From Octopus sinensis (lineage: Eukaryota), in NCBI RefSeq assembly GCF_006345805.1, contig NC_042998.1:10478001-10542000 (forward strand): a stretch of DNA of 64,000 nucleotides. Reading direction: 5' to 3'. Below, in pieces: positions 37,531 through 49,659 of this stretch. Both the position numbers and the translations under genes were made by a program. Numbering within the stretch: the first letter of the stretch is position 1; the number at the start of each line of letters is the position of its first letter. Under the pieces are notes generated by a model. The model saw only the letters and a list, made by a program, of their open reading frames with translations. It was not told the origin of the DNA and did not search any database.

Positions 37531-37586
37531 AAGAGAGTAAATGTACAAAACAAAGCAAAAACAAAAATAAATAAATAAATAAAAAT

Positions 37587-37624
<38 letters not shown>

Positions 37625-37794
37625 GTATAAAATATCTAGCTTAAACATCTTAGGTACGTTTCATTAGCATAAAGTGATCATTAGTTACATAATGCAAATT
37701 ACATAATCAAGACTTATGGTTAAATAATCAGAGACGTAAATTTTATACGTAACAATATTGAATGGAAAAAAATGCAGTAAATTCATTGTAAATG

Positions 37795-38010
37795 TGTATG
37801 TATGTATGTATGTATGTATGTATGTATGTATGTATGTATGTATGTATGCATGCATGTATGTATGTATGTGTATGTATGTATGTATGTATGTATGTATGTA
37901 TGTATGTATGTATGTATGTATGCATGCATGTATGTATGTATGTATGTATGTATGTATGTATGTATGTATGTATGTATGTATGTATCTACGTATGCATGTA
38001 TGTATGTGTG
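37795..38010. repeat. (TATG)n microsatellite
   Basis: Direct reading. Confidence 0.95.
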
Positions 38011-38040
38011 TGTGTGTGTATAAAATATGTGTGTATATAG

Positions 38041-38870
38041 GCACAGTCGTGGCTGTGTGGTAAGAAGCTTGCTTAGGCGGCGAGCTGGCAGAATCGTTGG
38101 CACGCCGGGCGAAATGCCCTAGCGGTATTTCGTCTGCCGTTACGTTCTGAGTTCAAATTCCGCCGAGGTCGACTTTGCCTTTCATCCTTTCGGGGTCGAT
38201 AAATTAAATACCAGTTATGCACTGGGGTCGATGTAATCGACTTAATCCGTTTGTCTGTCCTTGTTTGTCCTCTCTGTGTTTAGCCCCTTGTGGGTAGTAA
38301 AGAAATAGGTATTTCGTCTGCTGCTACGTTCTGAGTTCAAATTCCGCCGAGGTCGACTTTGCCTTTCATCCTTTCGGGGTCGATTAAATAAGTACCAGTT
38401 ACGCACTGGGGTCGATATAATCGACTTAATCCGTTTGTCTGTCCTTCTTTGTCCCTTCTGTGTGTAGCCCCTTGTGGGCAGTAAGAAATAAGAAGCTTGC
38501 CTCCCAATCACGCATGTTTCCGGGTTCAGACCCACTACGTGATACCTTGAGCAAGTGTCTTCTACTATGGGGTCAGGCCAGTCAAAGTCTTGTGAATGGA
38601 TTTGATAGATGGAGACTGAAAGAAGCCCGTCGTATGTGTGTGTGTGTGTGTGTGTGTGTGATCGTGTCTGTGTTTGTTTCTCCACCGCTTGACTATCGGT
38701 GTTGGCGTGTTTACGCGCCTGTAACTTAGCAGTTCGGCATAAACGATTGATAGAATAAGTATCAGATTTTAAAAAAAAGTTCTGGGGCCGCTTCCTACGA
38801 CAAAAATATTCTTCCATGTGGTGCCCCAGCATGGCTGCAATTTAATGCCCGAAACAATTAAAAGATAAAA
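38041..38870 (+). mobile_element. Diverged SINE family A interrupted by a family B dimer
   Basis: Head gcacagtcgtggctgtgtggtaagaagcttgc resumes at 38489; 3' module to about 38870. Confidence 0.8.
38076..38488 (+). mobile_element. SINE family B tandem dimer (second unit headless)
   Basis: Junction aaagaaatag|gtatttcgtctg at 38308/38309; one TSD taagaagcttgc (38061-38072 / 38489-38500). Confidence 0.88.
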
Positions 38871-38911
38871 GATGTATATGTGTATGTGTATATGTATCTA
38901 TCTATCTACTG

Positions 38912-38974
<63 letters not shown>

Positions 38975-40836
38975 TGTGTACTAAAAATGTGTTGCATATA
39001 TTAACGAAATTCATTTCTGTTTACTTACTATCTCTTGTATTGCGCATGCTCAAACAAAACTGGAAATTTCCGACCAATAAAATTAGAGCTTTGATTCACT
39101 TAGAAACACACTCATATGTGAGCGCGCGCGCACATAAACATACACACACACACATACATACACACACGCGCGCACACACACACGCATACACCCATGCACA
39201 CGTATGCACACACGCGCACACACATACACACGTACGCCGACACACTCACACACATATACACTCTCTCACATATACGCAGATATTAAAGACGTCATAATAT
39301 AGATATTACTTTTAGAGACATTATTAACGGACATAAAATTTCATTAAATGTTCATAACTAAACATCAAAATTTTATAACTAAATCAGTGGAAGTCATTTC
39401 TGACGTTACTATTGCTGTTTTGTGCAATGTCAGGCTTCTTTGACATAACCAGACATATACCGATTGGGACGTACGCAAACATAATAACAAAGGCACAGTA
39501 TATCATTTTTACCTTTGTAGCAATTACCTTGAAATCTAGCAAGCAGTTACATAGGATAATTTTTGTGATAAATTTTTGTAATTGATATATTATGTATGAA
39601 AGAAGACAATGAGAGAGAGAGAGAGAGAAAGAGTGAGACAGAGAGAGAGACAGAGAGAGAGAGAAGGAGAGATAGACAAAGATGGAGAGAGAGGGAACGA
39701 AAGAGAGAGAGGTAAGGTGGGATGTATAAACATAGCAACTCTTTTACTCCATCACACGACCTTAATGCTACGGCGGAATAACCGCATCCCTATCTGACCG
39801 AAATACGTCAATGAATACCGTAAAACAGTCAGTAAATCGCATTTTTTCAACTTGTGGTTTTTGAGATGTTGAGAGAAGCTGAACGGCTGAGGAAGCAGTT
39901 TGTTTTACTCCGTTAACTTACACACTGAAGTTTCCAGTTGTGCTTGGAAGATACTTGGCTGTTACAATGACACAGCTTCATTGTCACCCGCAAGAATACC
40001 GTGAGTGTTTTAGAGAATCTCAAAAAATTTAGATGGGTACGATGTATAATTGAGGGCGTGCGATGCCTCTGTTTTCAGTATCATGTAGTTACCGATTTCC
40101 ATGTATTTCTCTGTTTTTTGCGGCTTGCGTTTGTAAATTAAGGGTGTTATCAACCCTCAGTTTTTGTATATTACTTGGGTGTGGGGAGATACGAGTACTG
40201 CCTCTCTTCAAGTTATCGAGAAAATTCTAACTTAGAGAAAACTATATTGGGTTGCTTACGTTCTATCCACAAACATAACTATTTTCCACGACACAGAAGT
40301 AACCCTTACTCACTCGTTAACAGAAGCTAGAAAGCGCAAATTGTTCATTTTAAACAGAAAGGGAAGAAGTGTGATATTTGACTACCTCCATGGATAAAAC
40401 AATTAAAATTCATCAAAATAACAATATATAATCAAAAGGAAGCAACAATATCACTCAAACTGTTTTAACATCTGAGTTAGTTACACAGGTAGGTCACATA
40501 CAGATACTCCACGTACTGCTTTCTTGCTTACATAAGTTTTTTGGAAAATGTCCCAGTTGGCTTGTTGCTTGATGCTGAGTTTTGATGAATTAGATTTGAC
40601 ATGGACACTGAAGGATGATCTCTGCTGTACATGATATGGACCAATGACATTACGCGAAAATGAAAGAAAAATGGCATCTGGATGTAGGTAGTCTACCGCG
40701 ACAAATTCCGCTCGAGTCTTGCAAATATGGAAAAGGGGAAGATAAACAATGATGATGATGATAATAACGTGTATGTATGTATGTATGTATGTATGTATGT
40801 ATGTATGTATGTATGTATGTATGTATGTATGTATGT

Positions 40837-41390
40837 CAGGTCACTTTAGAGTGCTACTGGTAACATGTAACCCAGTACAACCTGTTTCATGGTCGGGTCG
40901 TCGGCGACTAAACCGGCAACCCCACCAAGCTTGCTTGGTGAGGAGGGTGTTTATTGGACACCCTGCGGGATGAAAAACAAAACCCGTCAAAGGGCGGAGG
41001 AACTCTTGAGAGTCAACGGCCATCCAACAAATGTCTTAAGGATGTATCATGCGCGGGGACATAGAAATAATCGGACTGAATACCCCGATCGCGCGGTTAA
41101 ACCATTGGAAGTGAAGGACTCCTAGCCTTTGTTAGGGCATCCTTCTTTGAGAAGGTAACTCAGGTAACTGGGATAACTCCGACATAAAACCTGCGGCTCA
41201 GTTGTTACCGATGATGTTGACTTGTTCTTCTTTTCGGATTATGGCTGCTGTTGCTTAGTGAGTGGGATTGACTCAGTGCACAGCCTTTCCTCACTTTAAA
41301 AAAACATCTTGCACAGGCATTGCACGATAACAACATTGATTAAGGTTCGTGCAATGACCATACTCGATAACGAGGGGGCAGCCACCATGT
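40837..41390 (+). mobile_element. ~550-bp non-coding retroelement, probably a bipartite non-autonomous RTE derivative, (ATGT)n tail
   Basis: Second copy at 60684-61205 shares the exact 3' end ...cagccaccatgtatgt; 3' end resembles the RTE end at 50185-50228; flanked by (TATG)n on both sides. Confidence 0.7.
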
Positions 41391-41449
41391 ATGTATGTAT
41401 GTATGTATGTATGTATGTATGTATGTATGTATGTATGTATGTATGTATG

Positions 41450-42355
41450 TGCAGATTTGTATGTTCTATATATGTATTATCATGCATATAGATGCATATC
41501 TAAACATGCTCATATATATTTAAATGATAAACTTCTGGAAAGTTTTACAGACTTTTAGTTCCGGTGATGGATTGGATCTATAGTCTTCGAATTAGCTTTC
41601 TCCTTTCTTGTTTTGAGAAGCCCAATTTCTCAATATTGGTATTTAGGCAGTTGATACATATCTCAGGGCCCCAATAATTACAGGTATAAACCTGAACTTG
41701 TAATCTGGATAGAGTAACTGCAGAATTCGCAATAGTTCAGCATAGGTATTCTCTTTTTCACTGATCTTCAGCTTTATGTTAACATCCGCTAATTTCCACA
41801 ACTGTGCACAGTTTCTCTTCTCTATCCCAAATCATTATATCAGGTCTGTTGTGCTTACATTTTATTGAGGTCTTCACTGGTACATTCCACCAGTATTCCT
41901 TTTTATTATGAGTAGCTATTGCTTCTACCATATTGTGGGTTTTTATTTCTTTGTACTCGGGATTATCCTTCCGACGGATTTCATTATAGAGTGTCCTAGC
42001 TACAACGTCATGTCTCATCAGTAGATAATACATTTTCAGGCAACTGCTTATGATGTGGATGATATCTTCAGTGTAAACTCCACAAAGTCTGCATCGGTTG
42101 TCACATTTTACGGCTTTTTCTGTATCTCTTTCCCATTTGTGCATCAGGTACTTGGTTGGTATTTCCTGTACCTGGATTGCAAACTCATACCCTTCAAAGT
42201 AGGAGGTATTAATCAAGCTATTGGTCCATGATAAACTGCTTTGATGATCGATGTTACTATCACCACGGAGCTTTCTACTAACATATTTATTCATAGGCTT
42301 CTGCTCGTATACGCTCATCCTTTCATCTGATGATACGTTGCGGTAGAGTCGTGCG
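41450..42355 (-). mobile_element. R4/Dong-clade non-LTR element, 3' part (CCHC and RLE)
   Basis: ORF 41779..42318: CRLCGVYTEDIIHIISSC, RHDVVA, WWNVPVKTSIKCKHNRPDIMIWD, EIS; continues with a frameshift to KTFQKFII*; (CATA)n at the 3' end. Confidence 0.88.
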
Positions 42356-42379
42356 ACTTATTTGGACTTATTTGGACAT

Positions 42380-42780
42380 AGGCGCAGGAGTGGCTGTGTG
42401 GTAAGTAGCTTGTTTACCAGCCACATGGTTCCGGGTTCAGTCCCACTGCGTGGCACCTTGGACAAGTGTCTTCTACTATAGCCTCGGGCCGACCAAAGCC
42501 TTGGTGGACGGAAACTGAAAGAATCCCGTCGTATATATGTATATATATATATGCGTGTGTGTTTCTGTCTGTATTTGTCCCCCTAGCATTGCTTGACAAC
42601 CGACGCTGGTGTGTTTATGTCCCCGTTACTTAGCGGTTCGGCAAAAAAGACCGATAGAATAAGTACTGAGCTTACAAAAGAATAAGTCCCGGGGTCGAGT
42701 TGCTCGACTAAAGGCGGTGCTCTAGCATGGCCGCAGTCAAATGACTGAAACAAGTAAAAGAGTAAAAGAGTAAAAGAGTA
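42380..42780 (+). mobile_element. SINE family A inserted in the R4/Dong fragment
   Basis: Full head and tail; coding-like sequence (ADNIIKLGRQLLEQHSL) resumes on the minus strand at 42781-42850. Confidence 0.88.
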
Positions 42781-42850
42781 TGTATTCTCGGTTATCAGAC
42801 AAAGAGTGTTGCTCAAGGAGCTGCCTTCCAAGTTTTATGATGTTATCAGC

Positions 42851-42995
42851 CTCGTCTACCAAATCCACTCACAAGCTTTGGTCAGCCCGAGGCTATAGTA
42901 GAAGACACTTGCCCAAGGTGCCACGCAGTGAGACTGAACCCGGAACCATGTGGTTGGTAAGCAAGCTACTTACCACACAACCACTCCTGCGCCTA
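42851..42995 (-). mobile_element. SINE family A head only
   Basis: tcgtctaccaaatcc...accactcctgcgcct. Confidence 0.85.
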
Positions 42996-43075
42996 TAATA
43001 AGCAAATCTATATAACTCATTATTTCTGTCTATTATATAAGCTGGTATTTATAGAGTGTTAAACACTTTCGGTAT

Positions 43076-43112
43076 GCAAATTAGGGAATCCTTCATAGAT
43101 TCCCTAATTTGC
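43076..43112. repeat. Perfect 15-bp hairpin, 7-nt loop
   Basis: gcaaattagggaatc-cttcata-gattccctaatttgc. Confidence 0.9.
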
Positions 43113-43461
43113 TGCAGTTGTTGAGTATCTAAACAGTTTGGTTGGTTGCTTTACTGGAGATTGTCAAAATGATATGCACGCCTCTAATGCGAACCCACTA
43201 AGGTTCGAAAATCGATTAAGGTTGTTCATCATTTTTCTTCAGTCTGCAGAGAAATGGTTAAAATTTGCCCTGTTTATAATTATACCATACGTTATATATA
43301 TGTTTATATATATACACGTATACATATATGTACATACATACACACGTACACACACACACATATATATATATATATATTATATATATGTATATATATATAT
43401 GTATATATATATGTATATATATATATGTATATATATATGTATGTATATATATATATATATA

Positions 43462-44699
43462 CGAGGGACGTTCAATAAGTAATGCCTCTAACCCAGTCGC
43501 AATTGTTTGATCTAGCTGAAATTTTGCATGTGCAATTATTTATATCTTTATAGATTAAGTGGCAAATTACAGCTCTGAACTAATTGTGGTTTCTGATTTA
43601 CAGATGTTTGAACTGAGTCAAGTGTGAAATGGAGCCTGTTGAGTGTCGAGCAGTGATCCGATTTTTGTATTTGAAAGGACGCACACCACGGGAGACTTTT
43701 GATGAAATGAAAGTAACTTATGGTGATGATGCCCCATCATATGACCTTGTAAAATGCTGGCATCGTGAATTCAAACATGGTCGGAACTCTGTGGAAACAG
43801 CTCCCAGATCTGGTCGCCCCCTTCTGCCATTGATGAGGCATCTGTCCGTCAAGTTGAGGCTGCTATTTTGGAAGATCGACGCATAACTATTCGCCAAATA
43901 GCCCATGAGGTCAAGATCAGTACCAGGTCTGTGGAAACTATCATTCATGACCATTTGCATATGCAAAAGGTGTCTGCCAGATGGATTCCCAAGTTGCTCA
44001 CACCTTTCGAGAAGTAAGAACGCGTCGAGTGCTCGAGGATGAATTTGGAGATGTGCCAAGAAGATGAGTCAAAATTTTTCAAAAGACTGATTACACAGGA
44101 TGAAACCTGAGTCCATCACTATGATCCAGAGACCAAAGCCCAGTCAATGCAGTGGAAGCACGGTGACTCACCTCCTCCAAAGAAGGCAAGGGTGCAGCCC
44201 TCCGCTGGCAAGGTCATGCTCACAGTCTTCTGGGACCAGGACGGAGTAGTGATGACAGATTTCCTGGCAAAGGGTACCACAATTACAGGGGCCTATTATG
44301 CTTCACTTTTGAGGAAATTAAGAGAAGCTATCAAAATCAAGAGGCGGAGCAAGATCAGCAAAGGCATCCTCCTCCTGCAGGACAACGCTCCGGTTCACAA
44401 CTCGCGTGTTGCCAGATCAGAAGCACCCTCTGATTTTCACCTCTTCCCAGTCATGAAGTTGTTTTTGAAAGGAAAGAGTTTCCCAGATGATGCAGCCTTG
44501 ATTTCTGAAGTCACGTCGTGGTTGGAGGACCAAGCTGGGGTCTTCTACAAAAACGGTCTCCAGAGCTGCATCAAATGATGGGAGAAATACGTAACTCTGA
44601 GTGGTTCCTATGTAGAAACAGACTAATAACTGTGCCAAGTTTCGTTGCTCTACTGCTATGGGAAGTGGGTCAGGGGCATTACTTATTGAACGCCCCTCG
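43462..44699 (+). mobile_element. Full-length mariner (D,D34D type) with TIRs and TA TSD; transposase disrupted
   Basis: TIRs cgagggacgttcaataagtaatgcc / ggcattacttattgaacgcccctcg; ATG at 43629; HTH ...PRSGRP, WIPKLLT, DET*, QDNAP, PSDFHLF; one frameshift, two internal stops and an in-frame deletion of the HPPYSPDL region. Confidence 0.95.
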
Positions 44700-44704
44700 T
44701 ATAT

Positions 44705-44755
<51 letters not shown>

Positions 44756-44756
44756 A

Positions 44757-45000
44757 AGTAAAAGGGTAAAGACCCCCTTCGGTCATGAATGACCATGGGA
44801 TTGCACCTAGAAAGTTACCCTCCTAGACACAAGTCCGGGCAAGGTTGTTTATGGAAGGCCAGCAGTCGCCCATGCATACCACCCTCCCCTCTCCACGCCA
44901 CCAGTGTTATCCAAGGGAAAGACAAAGGTCGATACAGCTTGGCACCAGTGACGTCGCAACTCATTTCTACAGCTGAGTGAACTGGAGCAACGTGAAATAT
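44757..45000 (-). mobile_element. Headless CORE-type SINE fragment
   Basis: Minus strand atttcacgttgctccagttcactcagctgtagaaatgagttgcg... ending in a ctttacccttttac tail; broken at the 45 kb palindrome. Confidence 0.6.
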
Positions 45001-45003
45001 GTA

Positions 45004-45296
45004 TAAGTAATACTATATAATTAGGGTTCAGCAACGATTTGCTTCACCACACACCGAAGTTTAGAAATAGCAGTCAAAAAATCTTAGCTATTCCTTCTAC
45101 TTTAAAGGGAGTTCCCAGAAAAGCCAAAGCACTTGAAAAACAAACCACTCAGGCTGCCTGCGTGGTTTGTTTTTCAAGTGCTTTGGTTTTTAAAGTAGAA
45201 GGAATAGCTAAGATTTTTTGACTGCTATTTCTAAACTTCGGGGTGTGGTGAAGCAAATCGTTGCTGAACCCTAATTATATAGTATTATATTACTTA
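45004..45296. repeat. ~290-bp fold-back palindrome
   Basis: Outer arms 45008-45106 / 45189-45287, inner arms 45119-45148 / 45162-45190; asymmetric insert gggagttcccag. Confidence 0.93.
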
Positions 45297-45389
45297 AACT
45301 TACCATAAAATGGTCTTTTTTCATGCCGAATTCTACTTGGTGAAATTATTGATTACTTCTTAATTAATTAGTTTCACCCTTTGTTATTA

Positions 45390-45406
45390 TTATATATATG
45401 TATATA

Positions 45407-45446
<40 letters not shown>

Positions 45447-45480
45447 ATATATATATATAATATGTATATATATATATATG

Positions 45481-45526
<46 letters not shown>

Positions 45527-45548
45527 TGTATGTATGTATGTATGTATA

Positions 45549-45583
<35 letters not shown>

Positions 45584-45708
45584 ATGTATGTATGTATATA
45601 TGTATGTATGTATGTATATATATATATATTATATATATATATATGTATGTATAAATGTATGTATGTATGTATGTATATATATATTATATATATATATATG
45701 TATGTATG

Positions 45709-45742
<34 letters not shown>

Positions 45743-45810
45743 TATATATATATATATTATATATATATATATACACACACATACATACACACACATATGT
45801 ATATATATGG
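45390..45810. repeat. (TA)n/(TATG)n block
   Basis: Direct reading. Confidence 0.9.
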
Positions 45811-46396
45811 CAAACAAAATAATTCGGGAATGATTTACTAATAACATTATTACAAGTATCTTAGTGATTACGTAAATTCATTTGTACGCAACCATTAACG
45901 AGAGCGCCACTTCATCAGAAGCATTATAAGCAAGAAGGAAGTATGCATGATCGTTACACTAGATTAAAATCTGTATAATAGAGAAAAAACACATAAAGTT
46001 TGTTAATAAGTAAAATGGCAATATGGCGAGTAATAGAAACATGTCTACGATTGAGTAGATTATCTAAACTAATTATTGTAACTATATAAAAACAGGCTGC
46101 AATTAACACCAGTCAAAATTTTCTCTAGTCACCAAAAAGATAAAATATAAAATAAAAGCATTCCTTTGTACACACACATACACACATACACACATACACA
46201 CACGCACACACACACACACACAAATACACACACACATACACACACACACAAGCATACACGCATATGCACATACACAAGCACGGACACACACACACAAGCA
46301 CGCACGCACACACACACAGTCAGACTCAAGCACACCTTCCTATAAAAAAATGTACTCAAGAATATGTATATATATATATAATCTATATATATATAT

Positions 46397-47062
46397 GGAA
46401 AAACAAGTCAAGATAGAAAATGCTAAAATAATTTTATAAAGAACATTTCAGTACCGGTTTCAGTCATTCAGACTTTTTCAACTATAACGATTAAATAATT
46501 AAATTTAGAAAAATTAAAAGAAAAGTTTTTTTAAAAGAATATCTGTATAGTGTTCAAATACAAGGGACATTTTCCTTGTTTCTGCCTGTCTCTGTCTCTC
46601 TTGTTTACTCTTGTGGGTTCGAGGTTGTTGTGAATTCTAGGTAGGGAAAAAGAAGGAGGAGGAGGAGAAGAGGAAGAAAACGAAGAATTTGGGAGTGCCA
46701 TGATTGTAGAATTCTGAATGGTCAGTGGATGGTATCAATCCCTGTTCAATTCATGAAAATATTTCTTTTGAATGTTTTGTTTATAGAATTTACGTAGGTG
46801 TTATTCTAAAAGGCATTAGTCATAAAGTTGTAGTGAGGTGTTAAATGACTTAAAGTTGGTACGTTATGGATTATAGCAGTGATTGGGGCTGTTTTTTAAT
46901 GAATTCTTAGGAACTTAATATTTGCGTGTGTATTTGTGTTATTCTTAGGCCGAGGTGGATATGTCGTTTGTCGTAGACGCGTTCAGAAGGGGCCTTTACT
47001 TTGTAATAAAGAGAGTTTCTTTGCTAATCCGTTGGCTCCAGGTTGTATCGTCCCTTAATTGA
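46397..47062 (-). mobile_element. Penelope-like element 3' fragment (GIY-YIG end plus terminal repeat), flanked by (TA)n
   Basis: Minus strand WSQRISKETLFITK*RPLLN resembles the GIY-YIG C-terminal R..KE...I....P.LN motif; the terminal region carries a hammerhead. Confidence 0.65.
46449..46484 (-). ncRNA. Minimal hammerhead motif, U3-A8 variant
   Basis: UAG-UUGAAAA-AGUC ugaau GACU-GAAA-CCGG-UA-CUG; stem II covaries with 31287-31324. Confidence 0.7.
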
Positions 47063-47836
47063 TATATATATATATATATATATATGGATAGATAGATAGA
47101 TAAATCTAAACGTATATGCGCAAGGCGCAAAGGTGCAGATACGAAGACGCATGCATACAACTACGCGCGCGCATAGACACACACACACACACACACAAAC
47201 ACAAACACCACCCCCGAGCGCGTGATACGTAAAAGGAGATTAGTGGGGTCCTGAGGGTTATCTGTCAACTCTGCAACCTCCCGGTTAACATGATGTGCAG
47301 AAGAGTAAAACAATCCAGTTTATCCTGAGTATAGGGCACAAATAGAAAATTCTGAATTTTCACTTGTTGAGTATATCGTAAAACAAATGAAGTTAGGATA
47401 CTATGGTTATCAGGTCTGTTATGCGGTTGTGATGGTTTCTATAACAAGTAGGTTAATTACATTATCCAGCTTGCTTGAACAAATATAAACAATGATTACG
47501 CAATCTCTCGCAACATCAAATGAAACCCAACCAGTTACTTCATCGTGTGCTTTGAACAATGCTATACGCTTGCACGGGGATAGTCACGGTTATAGATACA
47601 ATCAGTGGGTGCTTATAATGTCGTAACGAGGAAACAACCGCAGTGACATGATTAGAGAAAGGTACGAAGTAGGGTATTGAACAGCCAGAAAGGCATGTAG
47701 ACTACAAGATAAAATCAGTTATGTCTCCAATGTTAATATCTTAGGCAAGATAAAAGATGGATAATGTTGTATGTTGTCTAAAATGTAGGATTGTATTCAA
47801 ATCTAGGTAGCAATAAACGGTATGATATTCACTGAG

Positions 47837-48065
47837 GCCGCGAGCTGGCAGAAACGTTAGCATGCCGGCGAAATGCGTAGCCGTATTTCGTCTGCTGCTA
47901 CGTTCTGAGTTCAAATTCCGCCGAGGTCGACTTTGCCTTTCATCCTTTCGGGGTCGATAAATTAAGTACCAGTTACGCACTGGGGTCGATGTAATCGACT
48001 TAATCCATTTGTCTGTCCTTGTTTCTCCCCTCTATGTTTAGCCCCTTGTGGGTAGTAAAGAAATA
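47837..48065 (+). mobile_element. SINE family B monomer
   Basis: 18-bp TSD ggtatgatattcactgag at 47819-47836 and 48066-48083. Confidence 0.93.
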
Positions 48066-49659
48066 GGTATGATATTCACTGAGATGCCTTAATTAAGGAG
48101 AAAGGGCGTGTCAAGTGTAGCATTAAAAGAAAAGCAAGAATGACCAAAGAGTGGCAGAGAGAAATTGAGTGAGCGAGAGTGAGAGTGGGGGGGGAGAAGA
48201 GAATTGTGAGAATAGGAGAGAGAAAATGTAAGAAGAGTTATGAAGAATAGAAAGATTGAAATAAAAAGTCTACAATTAAAAGAGAATGTTAACGTCCATG
48301 AGATACTAAGTATTTGGTATTTTAAGTTTTGTAAAACATCCACGTGTTTTAGTTAATACTCTGTCATTATTACACAAGCAATGCGCTAGATGGTGTAATA
48401 CAGTCGATTCACCTTCTCAGCATTCGCTTAAAAAATACAAAGTTTAGTAAAATGCTTGCTTAAATATATTCCAGCTATGCAAAGCACATTCAGTATCATG
48501 GGGCGGTAGAATAGAGAGTAACAGAGTGTAAAATAGTAGGATAGTATTAACAGAATATAGATATAAAGGTCGATATAAGGAGAGCAATGGAAGCCACAAC
48601 TCCTCCGTACATTATAGCAACTACAATACGAAGATTCAGTGACATACATTAGAAAGCGAACAGAGAAAATAAGTCGACCTCTCTGACAATATATTAACTG
48701 TATGAGTGGTATAACCGTTTTGTTCAACAATCGATTACCAGTGAATATTTTCACTGTTTTGCTACATATCGAAAGCAACAAATCTCGTCTAAGCATGTGG
48801 ATAGACGAAAATCCTTAAAGTTTACAACCATCGCAGTGAGTGAATATGGGAAGTGCGGAGTTTATGATATAACCTTTATTCAATTATTTCAATTGTTTCA
48901 ACAAGTTGAGGTAACAAATCACACTTCATGTTTATAGCCAATGATGATAGCGATGAATTTAGACATTCATATATAGTGAGTAAGGCGCGATTACGCTATC
49001 CAGTTGGCTGTGACAGGGAGCACTCAACAATTGGTGGGAGTCTGAAGTTGCGTAGAAAAGAATTTTGTCCTGTGGAAGGTCAGATTTCGACCAAACGGAA
49101 AATCTGAAATGTTTACTACTGTCGTAAAGAACAACAAGTACATGAAGAGTGGAATTTATAATATAAAGTTCTTAAGTTCTTCTGTCGTTTACTATTGTTT
49201 CAAAGACTGAAGTGAGCACTCACACATCATGTCGAAACACATTGATGATAGCAACTATTTAGTCACACATATTATGTAATGTAATAGTAATGTATAATAG
49301 CATTGGCGATTATTTCGTCAGAACCGATTGAATAAAGTAATTCATGGGAATTACTTTATTCCATGTCAAGTGTATAGTTTGCGTGTGTGTGTGTGTGTGT
49401 GTGTTTATATAACCTTCCTGTTCCGCTAAATATAGCAGCAGAAGGAACGAAAAAGAAGAGATAAAACAATGAAAAGGAATATAGAAATAGTGATGTCATA
49501 AATATTTTAAAACCAATCTTACATATGTGCTCACATACATACATAACTGTGGATGTATGTATCTGTGTGCATATATATATATGTGTGCGTGTGTGTGTAC
49601 ATACACACACACACACACTATGTACTCTACATTACGCTGAATAAAGTAATTCCCATCAG

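Noticed and set aside
40532-40624. 93-nt minus-strand exon candidate with a gtaagc donor
   Set aside because: Weak acceptor without an adjacent pyrimidine tract; no recognisable protein.
41290-41390. HDV-like ribozyme in the antisense of the 550-bp element's end (ccctcg loop-like motif)
   Set aside because: I could not assemble consistent P1, P2 and P3 pairings by eye.
45128-45175. TTGAAAA followed by a hairpin as another U3-A8 hammerhead at the palindrome centre
   Set aside because: No GAAA or helix III follows, and it is probably antisense to the element; may be coincidence.
48428-48796. Hydrophobic ORF suggestive of a GPCR fragment
   Set aside because: No DRY, NPxxY or other family motif; hydrophobicity is expected from T-rich sequence.
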